A stretch of 64,000 nucleotides of DNA from assembly GCA_964106915.2 (NCBI GenBank), contig OZ066919.1, one strand, 5' to 3'. Each line of letters opens with the position of its first letter. Position 1 is the first letter of the stretch. The stretch comes from Podarcis gaigeae. Lineage: Eukaryota. The notes below the pieces were generated by a model. That model ran no database searches and was not told the DNA's origin. It was given only the letters and a program-made list of their open reading frames with translations. Below, one piece after another: positions 44,837-58,036 of the stretch. The position numbers were made by a program, and so were the translations under genes.

Positions 44837-47800
44837 TTCTCTGCATAAAGTTGTGCAACAAATGTGATAAGGACTGTTTAAAAAGCATTAGTGCTTCTGC
44901 ATGAAGAATTATCACAGATATTTTGAGCAGTTGACAAAGGCAAGTGGCAACATCTATACCAAGACATATGCATGCAAGATCATTGACTATCATATGTATA
45001 TTTCAATGCAACAGTATCAGTGTGCTTACAGAGCCAGAAGCGAAATATGACAATATTGTTATTGCTGGGTTGTTGTTGTTGTTTATATAAAACAACAACA
45101 ACAAGTAGGTGCTGCAGAATGACTTTTCTTTTAAGTCCCTGGGTACAGGCTCACAACTGAATTAAAGACCGGACACATTACAGAGAAAAAGGAAGGAAAG
45201 TAAATGAAACTATAACGTGGCTGTTCTGTTTTCCTGACAGCAGCACACAGTGTTTAGTGTTTTCTCAGAGTCTGCCTTGTATCAAATTGGAAAGGGCAAG
45301 CTCCACAGGAGAAAGGTTACTTGGAGGTGGGGAGAAAGACAGGAACCCAAAAGAGCTGCAATACCCACAAACACTGGGAACATAGGGCTGGGAGGTTTGA
45401 TTAATTGACCAACTTTCAAAGGATATAGAAGCATGACTGGGCGTTTAGGTTACTGTAGCACTTTATGTGTGATTCTTTTTCTTTGCATGGAAAAAGGTTC
45501 CCGCAGGGGCAATATGATCTATTAGGTAACAGGTCAAAGTTTGGGAGTTAGCCATGTATAACAAAACAAATCAAATCTACAAGGTCAAATCTTTGTTTCA
45601 TAAGTTATTACTTCAGACATCTCGCAATAACCAAGTGTGCCTGTCAGAGCTCAGACTTGATACCCAGCTGCCAAATCATATGCTGGAGCTTCTGCTTTGC
45701 CCTCTGATAAATGGAGACCTTTCTGCGATACATAAAAGAAATAGCTCCAGGAACCACTGAACTTTCCAACACATCTGCATGCAGCACTCAAGGGATCTGC
45801 TTGCCCATCCCAGATTTCTTTCTTCAACCATCCTGAATTCAAGTTCGGCAACTCCTCTCTTCCTGACATCCTCCTCCCTTCTTCTAGCCTCAGGACCATA
45901 CGCCGGCTGCAGGTCACACAGCCTCCTTGTTCCTTTCATCTCTATTTAAACAAGCTCTTCAGCTCTGCCCGTTGCATGGAAACAGACACTCCGTCTTGTT
46001 CAAAAGTGACGAGCGCTCTCTTGCCAGTGCTGTTTGTTTCAGTCTAAACTCCTGTCAGATGCCTGACTTCTGGCTCTCTCTGTTTATCTCCCTCTCCTTC
46101 TGTCACCTCATTACTCCACAGCCCAGCTCACGTTTCCAGGCCTTGTTTACCAAAAGCTCAGGAGTTGGGCACTTTGTCCGATGGGAAGAGGTGGAGAGAA
46201 CATGTTATACCTGCACAGCAGCTGGAATAACCACAACAAAATCCTCTACTGTGATCCTCAAAATGTGTTCTTACAGTATGTGTACCATGAACAGATCTCT
46301 TCAGTGAAGCAACATTAGCAGGGTCCTGGGTTGCAGTTACTTTATAAAATATACCAACCTTAAGAGAACAAAAAATCCTTGAATTGACCAAGCAGAGGCC
46401 TCAAAACCAGGAATCTGACAGTTCTAATCTGAGCCTTATTGTTGTTTGGGCAAATCACTTTGAAAATGGCCGATGTGCTGCTGCCTTCCATGTGGAGTAC
46501 AATCAGCAAAGGCTTATGTTGTTCTAGGTGTTTGGTCGTTTTGCAGTAACCCAATGACACTTGCATAGGAATCAGCATTCAAAATCATTACCTCCTTTGC
46601 CAAAGGATTAGAATACAGCATTGAGAAGGCACCTAGCTCATAGTGCAAGCCAGAGACTACACAACTTGGAGGGAAGGGCTGAGAGAGTTTGTTTCAAATA
46701 GGCCTGGGGGGGGGGGCACACAGCCAGAAGTATTCTGGAAAAGGGCTATTATATTTTTGCCCCAGACATCTCCAGAAAAACAAAAGCAGCTCAGTTAATC
46801 CCACAATGAACTCCATAAAAAGCATGTGGATGGAGCTGTAGAATTTCTATACAGACAGCACTGAATCATATAAAATCCTAGAAGCAAGCACTGTCTAGAC
46901 ATGCTTATTAAAGTCCACCTACTAGTCTGCGTTCATCAAACATGATCAGATCCAGGATGTCCATACTCAAACTTTGGGAGATGATTCATGAACGCAGGTA
47001 AATTAGAGAATGCTATCACCCAGAGCAAACTAAATGCATCTAGCATGTCAAAAGCAACTGTTCTGAAATGTGTAGTGCTGAACACCACATATACAAACAC
47101 ACTGTATTATATAAGTAGTTTCAACAAATACCCATAACACAGGATAAAGCAGGAGGTGTGTGTGTGTGTGTGTTGAGCTTTATATATACAAATGGCTTTT
47201 GACACAGAAAATACATGTCCAAAATCGCCCTAACAAAGACTAGCTATTATTCTAAAGCAGCAAGTTTTGATCTGTCTTTCCATATTTGATGGCATGGCAT
47301 TAGCCATTTGCCCTCTAGAAGTAGTTCTTCATGACCAGTTTTATTACATTCTAGGCCTTAACTTTTCTTGTGGCAGGAATTTTACTAACTGGTTGTGTAA
47401 TATGTTCACCAATATCTCTTTCCCGCCCCCCAGCCTTTTATTTACAGTCCACTTATTATTTTTCTAGTCCTCCTCCTGAGAATTAGTCCTGGGTTTTTTT
47501 CTGTTTCGTTTTTAAAGAGGAAGTGAGAGATGGCGCATTTGGGATCTGAAGCACAAGGAAGAGACAGAAGTTGTCAGACAGGAACAGACCAATGGCTCAG
47601 AAGCCTCTTTAAACAGGGGCAGATATAGGATGCTACTGGAGAAGGTGTAAATCCTTCATGAAGCACCTAATTGTGCAAAACTCTATATATGGGGACATTT
47701 ATTACTGACCCCAGCTGCTGCTCAGCTTGTTCCCTGAAGCATGAAGATTGATGGCACCAATGGTTCTCATCTGAGCTACTGTCACTGCAGATGCCATCTG

Positions 47801-48692
47801 CGTTCAGAAGTCTCCTTTGCCTTTAAATACCGTCTCACACTGGTGAATTCTACAGGTTAATTATATGCAGTGCTGAGGGGGCAGGGGCATGGAAGAAAGG
47901 CAAACGTTACTTGGGATAATGATTCTTCCCTACCCCCCCCCCAAAAAAATAACCTTCTTTCAGTTACTTCACACCTAAGCTCTTTCATTCCTGGTGAAGA
48001 AAAGAGCACAAGAAATACAGTTCTCCCCTTTACAACTATATTCATTGGTACATCCCACTATAAAGTGACTTGCCTCCAGTAGAAGGTGCCCAGGAAGGAG
48101 CTGGGGCAATGAAGTTCATTTAAATTGCAGCAGGTGGGGATTTGTCATTTTTTGGTCAGACCCTTGGGGTACTTGAAAAAGCTTAAATGCTGTGTACGTG
48201 TGTAAATTATAAATATATAAGCAAATATATATTGCCCTAAGGCAGGTATATGGGAGCACTCGGAAAACTGACCAAAATGACAATTCTCCACAAGGTATTG
48301 CAATTTAAAAACAACCTCCTTCTCCTTTACTTCCTAGGCATGTTCTACTGGAAGCAAGGCAGCCTCTCTACATAGTGAGATATGGCTATGGACCTCTAAG
48401 TCTGTTGCAGCAGATTCTGTACATTGTTTGGCAAGGTAGACAAAATGTCCTTGCAGTTAGAACAAGAGACTCAAGTTAGTACTTTTATGTTCCATTTCTG
48501 AGACCTAGAATGGAAGAGAACAGGTTCCCAAATGTCTAGCTGCCCTTGAGTGCTTTTTGAGGGAAATCCTATGGAACCACGCACATAAAAAACAGTAGCT
48601 GATCATTCATATTGCCTTATCAGAAAGAACCATAGGTTTGGGGGATACTTGATTCCTGCAAGATCCTCCTCAGGTTTATCTCAGAAAAGTCC

Positions 48693-48770
48693 ACACAGAA
48701 TCAGAGAACTGTATTGTTGGAAGGGACCCGAAGGATCTTCTAGTCCAACCCTCCAGCAATGCAGGAATCT
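48693..48770 (-). mobile_element. CR1-type 3' end fragment
   Basis: ACAGAATCAGAGAACTGTATTGTTGGAAGGGACC..GATCTTCTAGTCCAACCC..GCAATGCAGGAAT; matches the 44768 and 58338 tails. Confidence 0.65.
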
Positions 48771-48794
48771 CAACATGGCTGATCAATTGTACTA

Positions 48795-49036
48795 CAGTGG
48801 TACCTCAGGTTACAAACGCTTCAGGTTACAAACACTTCAGGTTACAGACTCTACTAACCCGGAAGTAGTACCTTGGGTTAAGAACTTTACCTCAGGATGA
48901 TAACAGAAATTGCGAGCCAGCAGCTCGGTGGCAGCGGAAGGTCCCATTATCTAAAGGGGTACCTCAGATTAAGAAAAGTTTCAGGTTAAGAACGGACCTC
49001 CGGAATGAATTAAGTGCATAACCAGAGGTACCACTG
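48795..49036 (-). mobile_element. Tc1/mariner MITE, family 1
   Basis: TA|CAGTGGTACCTC...GAGGTACCACTG|TA; same orientation as the 15307 copy. Confidence 0.9.
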
Positions 49037-51567
49037 TACAGCATTTTCCACAGCCATCTCTTCAAGAGAGTTCTGCCACAGAGCAAGGCAGGATATCATA
49101 TCTGACAATGGACAAGCAAATGCAGTAAAAATGAAGGTATAGTATTAGTTGTCACTCTGTGGCACATGGCAAGTCTCAAACCAGTGGCATAAATAGTACA
49201 TCAACCCAAACCACACGGTATTATAACCCCCACATTGTTGATGTCAGATGATTGTCAGGTGGGTTGTCCTGCTCGCCTATCAAGTCCCTTGCACAGAACA
49301 TCCTAAGTGACTGTCAGCCAGCTGGTTATCAAGCACTTGGGAACTGCAGCACAAGGGGCTGTGTCAGTCCTATGCTCAGCACTGAACGGAGGGCTTGCAA
49401 AGTGCTTTGTGCACCGCTGCTCAAATGCCTGATAGTCAGCTGTCTATTGGGAGCTTGTGGAGTATAGCGCTTTGCAAGCCCTGTGTGATCAAGCTCCCCA
49501 TGGGGAACTGAGTCATGCAGCCTATCTAGCCACATCTCTCCTTGCCCCACAACTGATGTCACATATGGCATCACATGTAGGGCAGCAGGAAATTATTTCA
49601 GGAAAACAGACTTATTTGGTCCAGAGTCCATGTGTCATTCTCTCCTCCAATAGTAAAACCACTGCAATAGAAAAAGTTTTGTGTGGTTTGTTTTTTTTCT
49701 TTTTAAAAAGCAGTCTTACACACTGGGGGCAGAGGGGATGAATTACTTGAGAATTTGGCTGTAAATGTCCCCCACATACATTGTACATCCTGACAAAGCA
49801 ATAGCTTTACATCAGGAGCAATCGCTTTTACACGTTCCCACAGTGGCTTAGGCCAAACAGCACCAGGTTCATGCTACTCAGTGAGTACTGCATAATACTT
49901 TACCTGGGCAATGAGTGAGCACACATCTGTTTACTAGAGCCCACAATACTGTTAAACTAATTGCAGTGCCAAGCCCCAAGGCACCACGAAGACAGCCTTG
50001 CTACAGCCACACACGCCCCTCTGAAGGAGGGGGAGAACTGTGTCTCTTTCATTCAGCAGGGGTGACTCTGAGAAGCATGACATGCATGATTACCCTTCAG
50101 ATCAGGGGAACAGTGGCTTAACTGCATGAGAAACGGCTGTTATTCAGGTAATGGATTTACAGTGCTCACTACTAAAGTATCAGACACAGCAATTTTTTAC
50201 AGCTTTCACGCTGGAATTTACAACTTAGACGAGAGGCAATCTCCGTATGAGTCTGGGCTCATTGCCTTATTTAGTATCTGATTTTACTAAAGTTTCCTCT
50301 TAAGTTTGTTTTGAAAGGTAAATTTTAAGCACTAAAATCCATACACAAACACATGCAAATCCTACATAAAAATTATATGCACATATATGCCTAAGAAATG
50401 GACACAAAAAAACCCTGTAGTGCATGTGTTCCTATTTTCCTTTACACACAGCACATTTAGAAAGACTACCAAAACAGAGCTGAACTGTGTGAGCATGGGT
50501 AAACACACAGTATGCCAAAGGGGAACTCTGGCATGTACTCTTTGTTACCTCCAAATACCTGGCCAAGCAGGGTAGCTAGTGCTTCTAATTTGGGACTACT
50601 TAATCCCTGATTTGAAGGAAAGACAGCAAATATGTGGAGTACCTTCACAATGTGGCACCCATGTGTGTATTTGAGTCAGCTCCAAAGGGTAACACTGCTG
50701 TGAGCATACAAGATCACCTTTAGGACTTTGTGTGAGCAGAAAGAATCCACAGTGACATGGTAACAATTGTTACGGCTGGTCAGTTTTCAAGGCAGGTGAC
50801 ACTGCAGTGTTTGTAAGATGTGATTCATTGGGCTGCCCCAAAAGCCTGCTAGTACTACACAGTGCCAGCACTACACTGGCTTACTTGCAAAGCTGGAGAT
50901 AGAAAAAAAACACATGAACAGTATCAGTAAAGTATGTACACAACTGAAGGAGGATGGTTCTTACTCAGAGGAGCACCTTCCAATAGGGTTGGCCACAAGA
51001 TTAAGTATGCTTACAGTTACAAGTGGACATACAAACAGCCATGAGCCAATCTGTTCACATGACTCTAAGAATATCCTGCCACTGAATGGGGAGTGTGGGG
51101 TACAGAGAAAAAGAAGCAGAGTGTGAACACACAAGGGTCCGTCATAAACTAAGTCAAACATTTCGGTAAAAGTAAGCTGGAATGCTAATTTAAGGTATGC
51201 ACATACCTAGGCATAAATGCTAATCCTAAACAAGTCACATCTATGAAAAAGTCACTTCCATTAAAAAATATTCATTCCAATCAGAATTTTATGGAAGTAG
51301 GTTTTATGAAGGCAAGATTACTAAATGTGGCTAAGAACTGACAGCAGCAGACTATCCACAACCCCTCCCACCAATTAACCTACCCTATTCATGGCTTATT
51401 ATCTTTCCATTGCCCCTTTTCTGCATTCTACTGTACCACATAGTAGTATAAAGATCAAGGAAAAGGTTTGGGATCCGTTTTAGATCAACCTGTTCCTAAC
51501 AGGTTGAGAGAAGCACTCAAAAGGTAGGTACGCAAGAGTGTGTCTGGAAGAATCAAATCCTCAGTAC

Positions 51568-51750
51568 CTGCTGCTGCTGAAAATGCAAGAGTTCCACTGG
51601 GCTCATTTCTCCATTGGTTTCTCCACTGGCTCCTCCTTCTCTTCCACATCCACCACCGCCTCCTCCATCAGTTGGATTGTTTAGGCTGCTGACCCCATTC
51701 TGACTGGAGGGAGTAGAACGTATTGTCTCCGAGGCAGATTCAACCATCAT
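51568..51750 (-). CDS. FOXP4: Forkhead box P4, first coding exon (61 codons: [61 protein letters not shown])
   Basis: [12 protein letters not shown]...[15 protein letters not shown] is the FOXP4 N-terminus as I recall it (FOXP1 and FOXP2 begin MMQES). Phase-0 donor CAG|GTACTG, with GT at 51567-51566. Confidence 0.97.
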
Positions 51751-51766
51751 GACTTGCTAGCAGCAC
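51751..51766 (-). other. FOXP4: 16-nt 5'UTR part of the first coding exon
   Basis: Minus strand reads ctttgcttatgcag|GTGCTGCTAGCAAGTC-ATGATG. The acceptor AG at 51768-51767 implies a non-coding exon further upstream. Confidence 0.85.
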
Positions 51767-52849
51767 CTGCATAAGCAAAGCAGTACTATTACAAGAGCAT
51801 AAATTTCAGCTGAAGCTACTATCTATGCTATACTGGAAGGAATCACTCTGCACAACATTGTTCACACTGCAACAGCGTTCAAAACTCCCATTGTTCTAGC
51901 CGCATTTTACGACAAGGAATTTCATTAGTGCAAGGAGTTTCTGAGCTCTGGACGCAGTACTGCACCTATGATTCAGATTAAAACTGCAGAGTGGAAGGAA
52001 AGGAGGACCTTTTTCTGCCTCCCCACTTCCAGGTACTGGAGAAGAGACGCTCTTAAGAATATTAGGGGAGTGGACAGGGAAAGGACTAGACAATGTGAAA
52101 AATAAACGTAATATTATAGCTGCAGTTCATTCATTTTCAGCTTTGAATTCTTGTTACAGAAAAAGCACGCCTGGGCATTCAGTTGTTTTGCCCATAACCT
52201 TGGTTTAAGGTGCCCTTTAGCGCCTAGCTTTCATATCAGTTTCAAACACTGCATTGCAAAGACCTAAGCACGACAGACTCCTCCCCATCCCAGATGTATA
52301 AATGCCCCAAGACATCCAGAAAGCAGGAACCAATGGCACATTGCCAGAGAACAGCTGTGCCCACAAAGTTGTTTAGCACAGCTACGTCTTCAGTACACAC
52401 ACTAACATGTCCTCTTTTTTACCAAGTGAAACTCTCATAGAAATTAAAATAGCTTAGCTGCTAGGAGTCGTTTTCATAACACACTTGCTCTGGGCCTGCT
52501 CCAATGCACAGAATTTGGAGAAGCTCCTTACTTAGTAGAAACCACTAGAAGAGGAAAAGAATCCCTCATACAGAGTTTAGAAGTCGAAAGCATCACAGGA
52601 GGCCTAGGAGAAAGTATGTCTGTCACCTACCTGAAACATTGTGGGAAACAGGCACTTCCATGACTGCTTCCAATGACATGCCTCAATCTGGGGCGGGGGG
52701 GGGGTGAAGCCCAATTCAACAGGTTCACTCCCACAACATGAGATCTAGTAAATTTTATGAACCACTGACTGTATTTTTGTTGTTGTGATCATATTATGGA
52801 TTATGATGCCTCCCATCAGATGTCAAAGAGAAAAATAATTACCAAACTC

Positions 52850-53011
52850 TAGAAGACATCTGAAGGCAGCCCTATTTAGGGAAGCTTTTAATGTTTTATA
52901 GGTTATTGTATTTTAGTGTTTTGTTGGAAGCCGCCCATAGTGGGTGAGGAAACCCAGCCAGATAGGCAGGGTATGTATGTATGTATGTATGTATGTATAA
53001 ATAAATAAATA

Positions 53012-53060
<49 letters not shown>
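52850..53060 (+). mobile_element. LINE (L2/CR1-group) 3' end with a compound microsatellite tail
   Basis: GAAGGCAGCCCT.TTTAGGGAAGCTTTTAATG...GGAAGCCGCCCA.AGTGG..AACCCAGCCAGAT.GGC.GGGTAT followed by (GTAT)n(AAAT)n(ATT)n. Confidence 0.7.
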
Positions 53061-53467
53061 GCATGGCCTAGTGAATAAAGTCCGCTAGAGTAAACCTCTG
53101 GAGATAAAATGTGGTTTCTGCATTCTAAACGGGCTAATCAGCATAATGATTTCAAAAGAAAATGATGGCGCAACAAAGGACTTCCCACATGAGTTGATGG
53201 AGTTGGCAATTTAATATTCCAAGTCTCCTACCTAGCCATGCAGTCAGCTCAAACACATCTGGATAAACTAAGATTTCATAAGAAAAGCAGGAGGTACTTC
53301 AGGAAATGTTTGCCTTTGAAACGACCCTTGCCCTCCATCTTCCACAAAATGCTGTTAAAAACCAAAGCATTTCTTCACCTTAACATGTAAACTACAATGA
53401 ATATGAAAGTTTTCGATTTCTATAGTTTGTCTCAGTGGTGATTACATCAACATAAAACGTGTTAAAC

Positions 53468-53592
53468 CAGGGATGGGGAACCTCTGATCCTCCAGATGTG
53501 TTTGGACTACCACGCCCACCACAGCTAACCACTGACCATGATGCAGTGGGCTGACTGGAGATGGAGTCTAACAACACATGGAGGGTCACAGA
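53468..53592. mobile_element. Short palindromic hAT-like MITE (right end degraded)
   Basis: CAGGGATGGGGAACCT..CCTCCAGATGTG..GGACT...AGTC..CAACACATGGAGGG; a similar element is at 44601-44735. Confidence 0.65.
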
Positions 53593-55744
53593 ATAAGGCA
53601 ATCAGTGCACATTTTAACGGCTACTCAATACATAAGTGAATGGTAGGTTGCCAATCCCTGCAAGTTTGGGCTGAAGAGTTAACAAATACCAGGGCAGGAT
53701 ATGCTAATATTTCCGTTTTATTGTTAATAAATAGAAGGCAGCTTTCCTTTTTCAGAGAGTAGCACTTTACTCCAATCTTAACTTCAACATAACATAACTA
53801 TTGTACACTTTAGTGAGAAGCATATTCCTGCTGTTTGCTCTGTTTTGTTCCAAGGCTCAAAATGAGTAGTGACTATGCTGTGTGTTTTCATTTCAATGTA
53901 TAAAGATACCCCACTTTTCCTTTCAGAAGGAGGCCCAAACCAACAAACAGCATACAAAAACAAGTATCAGAAGACAACCAAGCAATATGAAAACAAGCTA
54001 AAATAAGCCTGCAGAGCTTTGATTCAATGCCTAAAAGAAAGCCAATTAATAAACAATACCCCCCAAAATAAACAAAACAATGGGTTAATAAAACACCTAC
54101 ATTAGTCAAAACTGAAGCAGCCAATATACTAGGAATTGGGACATACCATTAAAAGGGGGGAGCAAATCCACCCTAGAGACAGGAGAAATCAAGAGAACCA
54201 CCACACACAATAGCAGCAAAGAATACCAAGAGCCACAATACCCCCAAAACCTCTCATGTAAAACCTCTCTCACTGCAGGTTACTATTCCCTTGCATTATA
54301 TGAGTATGGGTGACACGGTTTTTAAGCTTCCAGAGGAAAACAAACAGCAACGTGAAATTGAATTACTGCTGCTCAAGTGCAAAGTGTACAGTAGCAAGAG
54401 CACATACTGCAGTAAACCAGCAGGCATCAGGAAGGCATCCGTAGCAAACTAAAGCCAGGTCTATTTTGAAAATCCAGCCCTAACTTCAAAGAAGCCGCCA
54501 GACAGGCAAAGCAAGGAACTAGTAGAGAGCAGCTCTGCTTTTAAACCCACCTTATAGTCAAAGGCGACTTTCCACATTTTTACCATAGATGGGAGTGGGT
54601 ATGCAAGGCTGGACATATTACCATCCTGAAAAATCGTGTGCCCATATGTCTAAATTTGAAATTAGCACCACCGGAATGATAGTGGGAGAAGCAATACAGC
54701 AGACCCAGCTGTTTGTTCCACTTTGTTTTTGAAACCTTTAAAGCTTGGCAGTTAAAGTTTCTTTCCTCTTTAAAATGAAAAAGGGGGTGGGAATACAAAG
54801 AAGCTGGCTCTGCTTCTTCAACTTGTCTTCAACTGCTAGGTCAGGACTCATCACAGGTCATGTCCTGTGGGTTGCAGCAGCCACAGTACCACCATACAAA
54901 TACATGGGGTTTTTTTTTAAAAAAAGGAAGAAATGTTTGGGCTAAAAGGTGGGTCCTCAATCAGAATAATGATTTGGAGGGGTTTTTGTTCCAGCCTCAG
55001 AAACAGTCTAAGAAAATCTAAACAAGGAAGAAGGTAGTGGTCCTAAAGGACTCTTTGGAAAAGAGGTAGTTTCTATCCCAAGCACATGCATCTATCAGGA
55101 ACCCTCCATTAAAGAAAATGCTGCTGTGAGTGGGATAAAAATTATGGGGAATCACATACTCACAACCACACACACAAAAGTAAACAATACTTACTGAGGT
55201 TCAAACTTGGGGAATGGAGCATAGAGGAGGTTAATCCTTCCCCACCCATACTCACTACAGTATTAGGGAGAGTTCAGAGGCAATATTGATTTCTTCCCAT
55301 TCATGACCCTATAACCTGTTAGGTATTTTGCCACTTGTACAGCTTAAATAATCCTGTAGTGGTAATATGGATTAGAGGACTTTCCTCTTCCATCCCAAAG
55401 GAAACCTTTAAATAGTGATGGTAGTAGACCTCGTAACAACTTTAAGGAGCCCATAGGGAAAACTGGGGTCTGTATTCTACCCTTATACTGCCAGGGTTCC
55501 ATAGCAATATGCATTCATATGATCTTTTCCTTTTAAGCACATTCTTTTTCTGAGTACCTGGGTTGCTCTGCTGGTATACTGGTTGGCATGGGGCCACTCA
55601 CTTCTCTAAATAGAACTAAGTATGGTAAGTTCTGGACTTTAATATTTTGGAAGTCTCTATGAGATGAGTTTGTAAAAAGTGAAAAACTCAGAACTACAAG
55701 GAGGAAGAAAAAGATTATGTCATCCTACAGAGCTGGGCAAGAAT

Positions 55745-55745
<1 letters not shown>

Positions 55746-55788
<43 letters not shown>
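55746..55788. repeat. (AG)n microsatellite
   Basis: Directly visible. Confidence 0.95.
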
Positions 55789-56886
55789 CTTATTGACAAA
55801 AGGAAGAAAAAGAGGAGCTGAAAAAAGTCTGTTTTTTTATTCTTCATACATTCAAAATCCTCACTTCTGACTGCATTTATTTAGAGTAACTGTTTCCCCT
55901 AGCTGAACGGACAATCAGTAACATGTCCAGTGAGAGATGCTCTAGATTACTTACTTAGTAAATTGCCTAGTACAATGACAGCAGGAATTATTTGCAGTGA
56001 GGTTTGGCATTGGATAGGCCCAGCAGCTGCTATCTGCTTGACTTTAATAAAATGCTAGATTTTTTGCAGGGCAGGAGGGAATCCTCAAAGAAAATTCTTT
56101 TTGGAAGACAAGAAAAGGTTCCTTTTTCTAAATTTCTCATTTGAGATAGTTAAGAACGCACTATTGTCATGTTTTCAAGCTTTTCTCTGCAACCAGAAAA
56201 GCTAGGAGTTTGTTTTAAACATAAAGTGAAAGCAGATTCTAATATTGATTCATGTTACTTTAGCAGCATACTACAAATAGTTATATCAGCGTAAAGGAGG
56301 AAATACCAATTCTTTTAAACTGGTAACACCAATTCTGTTAAGATCAATGGGCAGAGTTTTGCTATCCCAATTCTATATGGCAGTGCCATTTCACCTTAAT
56401 AAATCTATCTACAATTGACGTAAGACTAAAACAAAATGGCTAAAACGCAAGACACACTAGGGTGTCTTGTTTTAATTTTGTCTCTTGATAAAGAAAACAA
56501 GCTGCCAAGCCAGCAAAGAAGTGAAGAAGAAAAAAAAAAACATTAACTGGGACTGATCAGAGAAGCGGTCAGCAAGTTTGAAAGCGGAAGAGGGGCAGCA
56601 AAAAAGGGATATTTCTTTTTTCTACCTTTTCTTTCCTATGCATGGTTCCCCCCTCCCTTTTTTTTGGTACGATAGACCGACAAACTGGGAACAACATAAT
56701 TGCTGAAATGTGGCGTGTAATAATAGCTATTCAGAAGCTGATCATTCATATTAAACAGGGTGAAGCAAGCTTCTCATTTGCATGTTTGAGATTATATGCA
56801 TTTCAAAAGTCATTTCCGCAGGGTGTATGAATGACATTAATTCCCATGTGGAGTTGTCGACTCTCTCCTGTAGTCCCTCACACTAT

Positions 56887-56888
<2 letters not shown>

Positions 56889-56918
<30 letters not shown>
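56889..56918. repeat. (AC)n microsatellite
   Basis: Directly visible. Confidence 0.95.
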
Positions 56919-56922
<4 letters not shown>

Positions 56923-57846
56923 TACTTGTAGCTGCAGGAGAATTCAAGGGCACAGAGATTACTGCATTTTTGGTTTTGTTGAAAATATACATGTTTCAGG
57001 CTAGTGATACTAGGACACAGGATAGTAGGGCATTGGAGAAACAGCATTCTGAGACAAAGACTGTTGAACTTGGACTGTGGCAGTTGCAAAGTTAGCAGGA
57101 AAAATGATGAACATTTTGCAAGCAAAACAGAGATACAATTCAGCTTTTAGTCACATGCTAACTATACAAAGCTGTTGACAGTGCTTTCCAACATGCATCT
57201 TCCTACTTCACAGGGACACAAACTCTATTTTCAGCAAATAAGTTGTTCAAAATGTGAAAAAGAACTTGGTTTTCAAAATCTCAACCACACTTAAAAAAAA
57301 AAAAGTAATCCTAGCTGTACACATTATCAGTATTACCTACATTGTGAGTGCTGCTCAGACCTTCATAGTCCAATAAGATTCCTTTCCCCTTCCCTTTTTA
57401 TATTCCTGCTATATTTTCTTTCAATTTATCAACTCCCTCCATCAAATCAGTGCCTCTGAAGCTTTTTTATTCTGTAGAAAAATTATACCCTGCTTTTTCA
57501 CTCCACAAAAGGAGTTGCTTGAAATGGCTTATAAAAATAAAAGTAAGAATAAATTCCTAATTAAACCATAAAAACACAAAGTTATGAAGCTAAAAACAGC
57601 ATCTAAAGCAACCATAAAAGCAGCTACAGAATCTTGTTCCAAAAAGAACATTTCGATCACTGGTGGGCAAAAAGTATGATTGTATATTGTTTTGTTTCAA
57701 TTTATAAATACGGTGTGAGCACATGTGAAGGCCGTTAATACGAACACCAGAAGCTGCTGTATAGCAAATCATCATGCAAACCTCCCTGCCGCCTCACACC
57801 CTCCTCCTCCTGGTAAGCAAGAGAGACCCATCTGCTAGAATGGTTG

Positions 57847-58036
57847 CATAGAAGCTGCACTCCACTAGGCAAGTCACTTCTGCCATTGGCGCATCTAGCT
57901 CAGCATTGTCTCCACTGACTGGCAGTAGCTGTCCAGGGTTTAAGACAAGAGTATTTCCCAGCATCACCTGGTAATTCTGGTAACTGACTTCCTGCAATCA
58001 ATACATGTGCTCTGCCACTGAGCTATAGCCTCTCCC
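57847..58036 (-). mobile_element. tRNA-derived SINE, same family as 59540
   Basis: Reverse complement GGGAGAGGCTATAGCTCAGTGGCAGAGCACATG...CCCTGGACAGCTACTGCCAGTCAGTG..GAGCTAGATG. Confidence 0.7.

Larger units (their letters stand above)
26834..51567 (-). other. FOXP4: FOXP4 intron between coding exons 1 and 2 (24,734 nt)
   Basis: GT...AG boundaries defined by the flanking exons. Confidence 0.9.

Noticed and set aside
51568-51750. Assignment to FOXP1 or FOXP2
   Set aside because: [20 protein letters not shown] and [14 protein letters not shown] are FOXP4-specific; FOXP1 and FOXP2 start MMQES.
11049-52704. Many G10-G14 homopolymer runs as a G-quadruplex system
   Set aside because: Isolated mononucleotide runs with no positional pattern; lengths are also prone to sequencing error.
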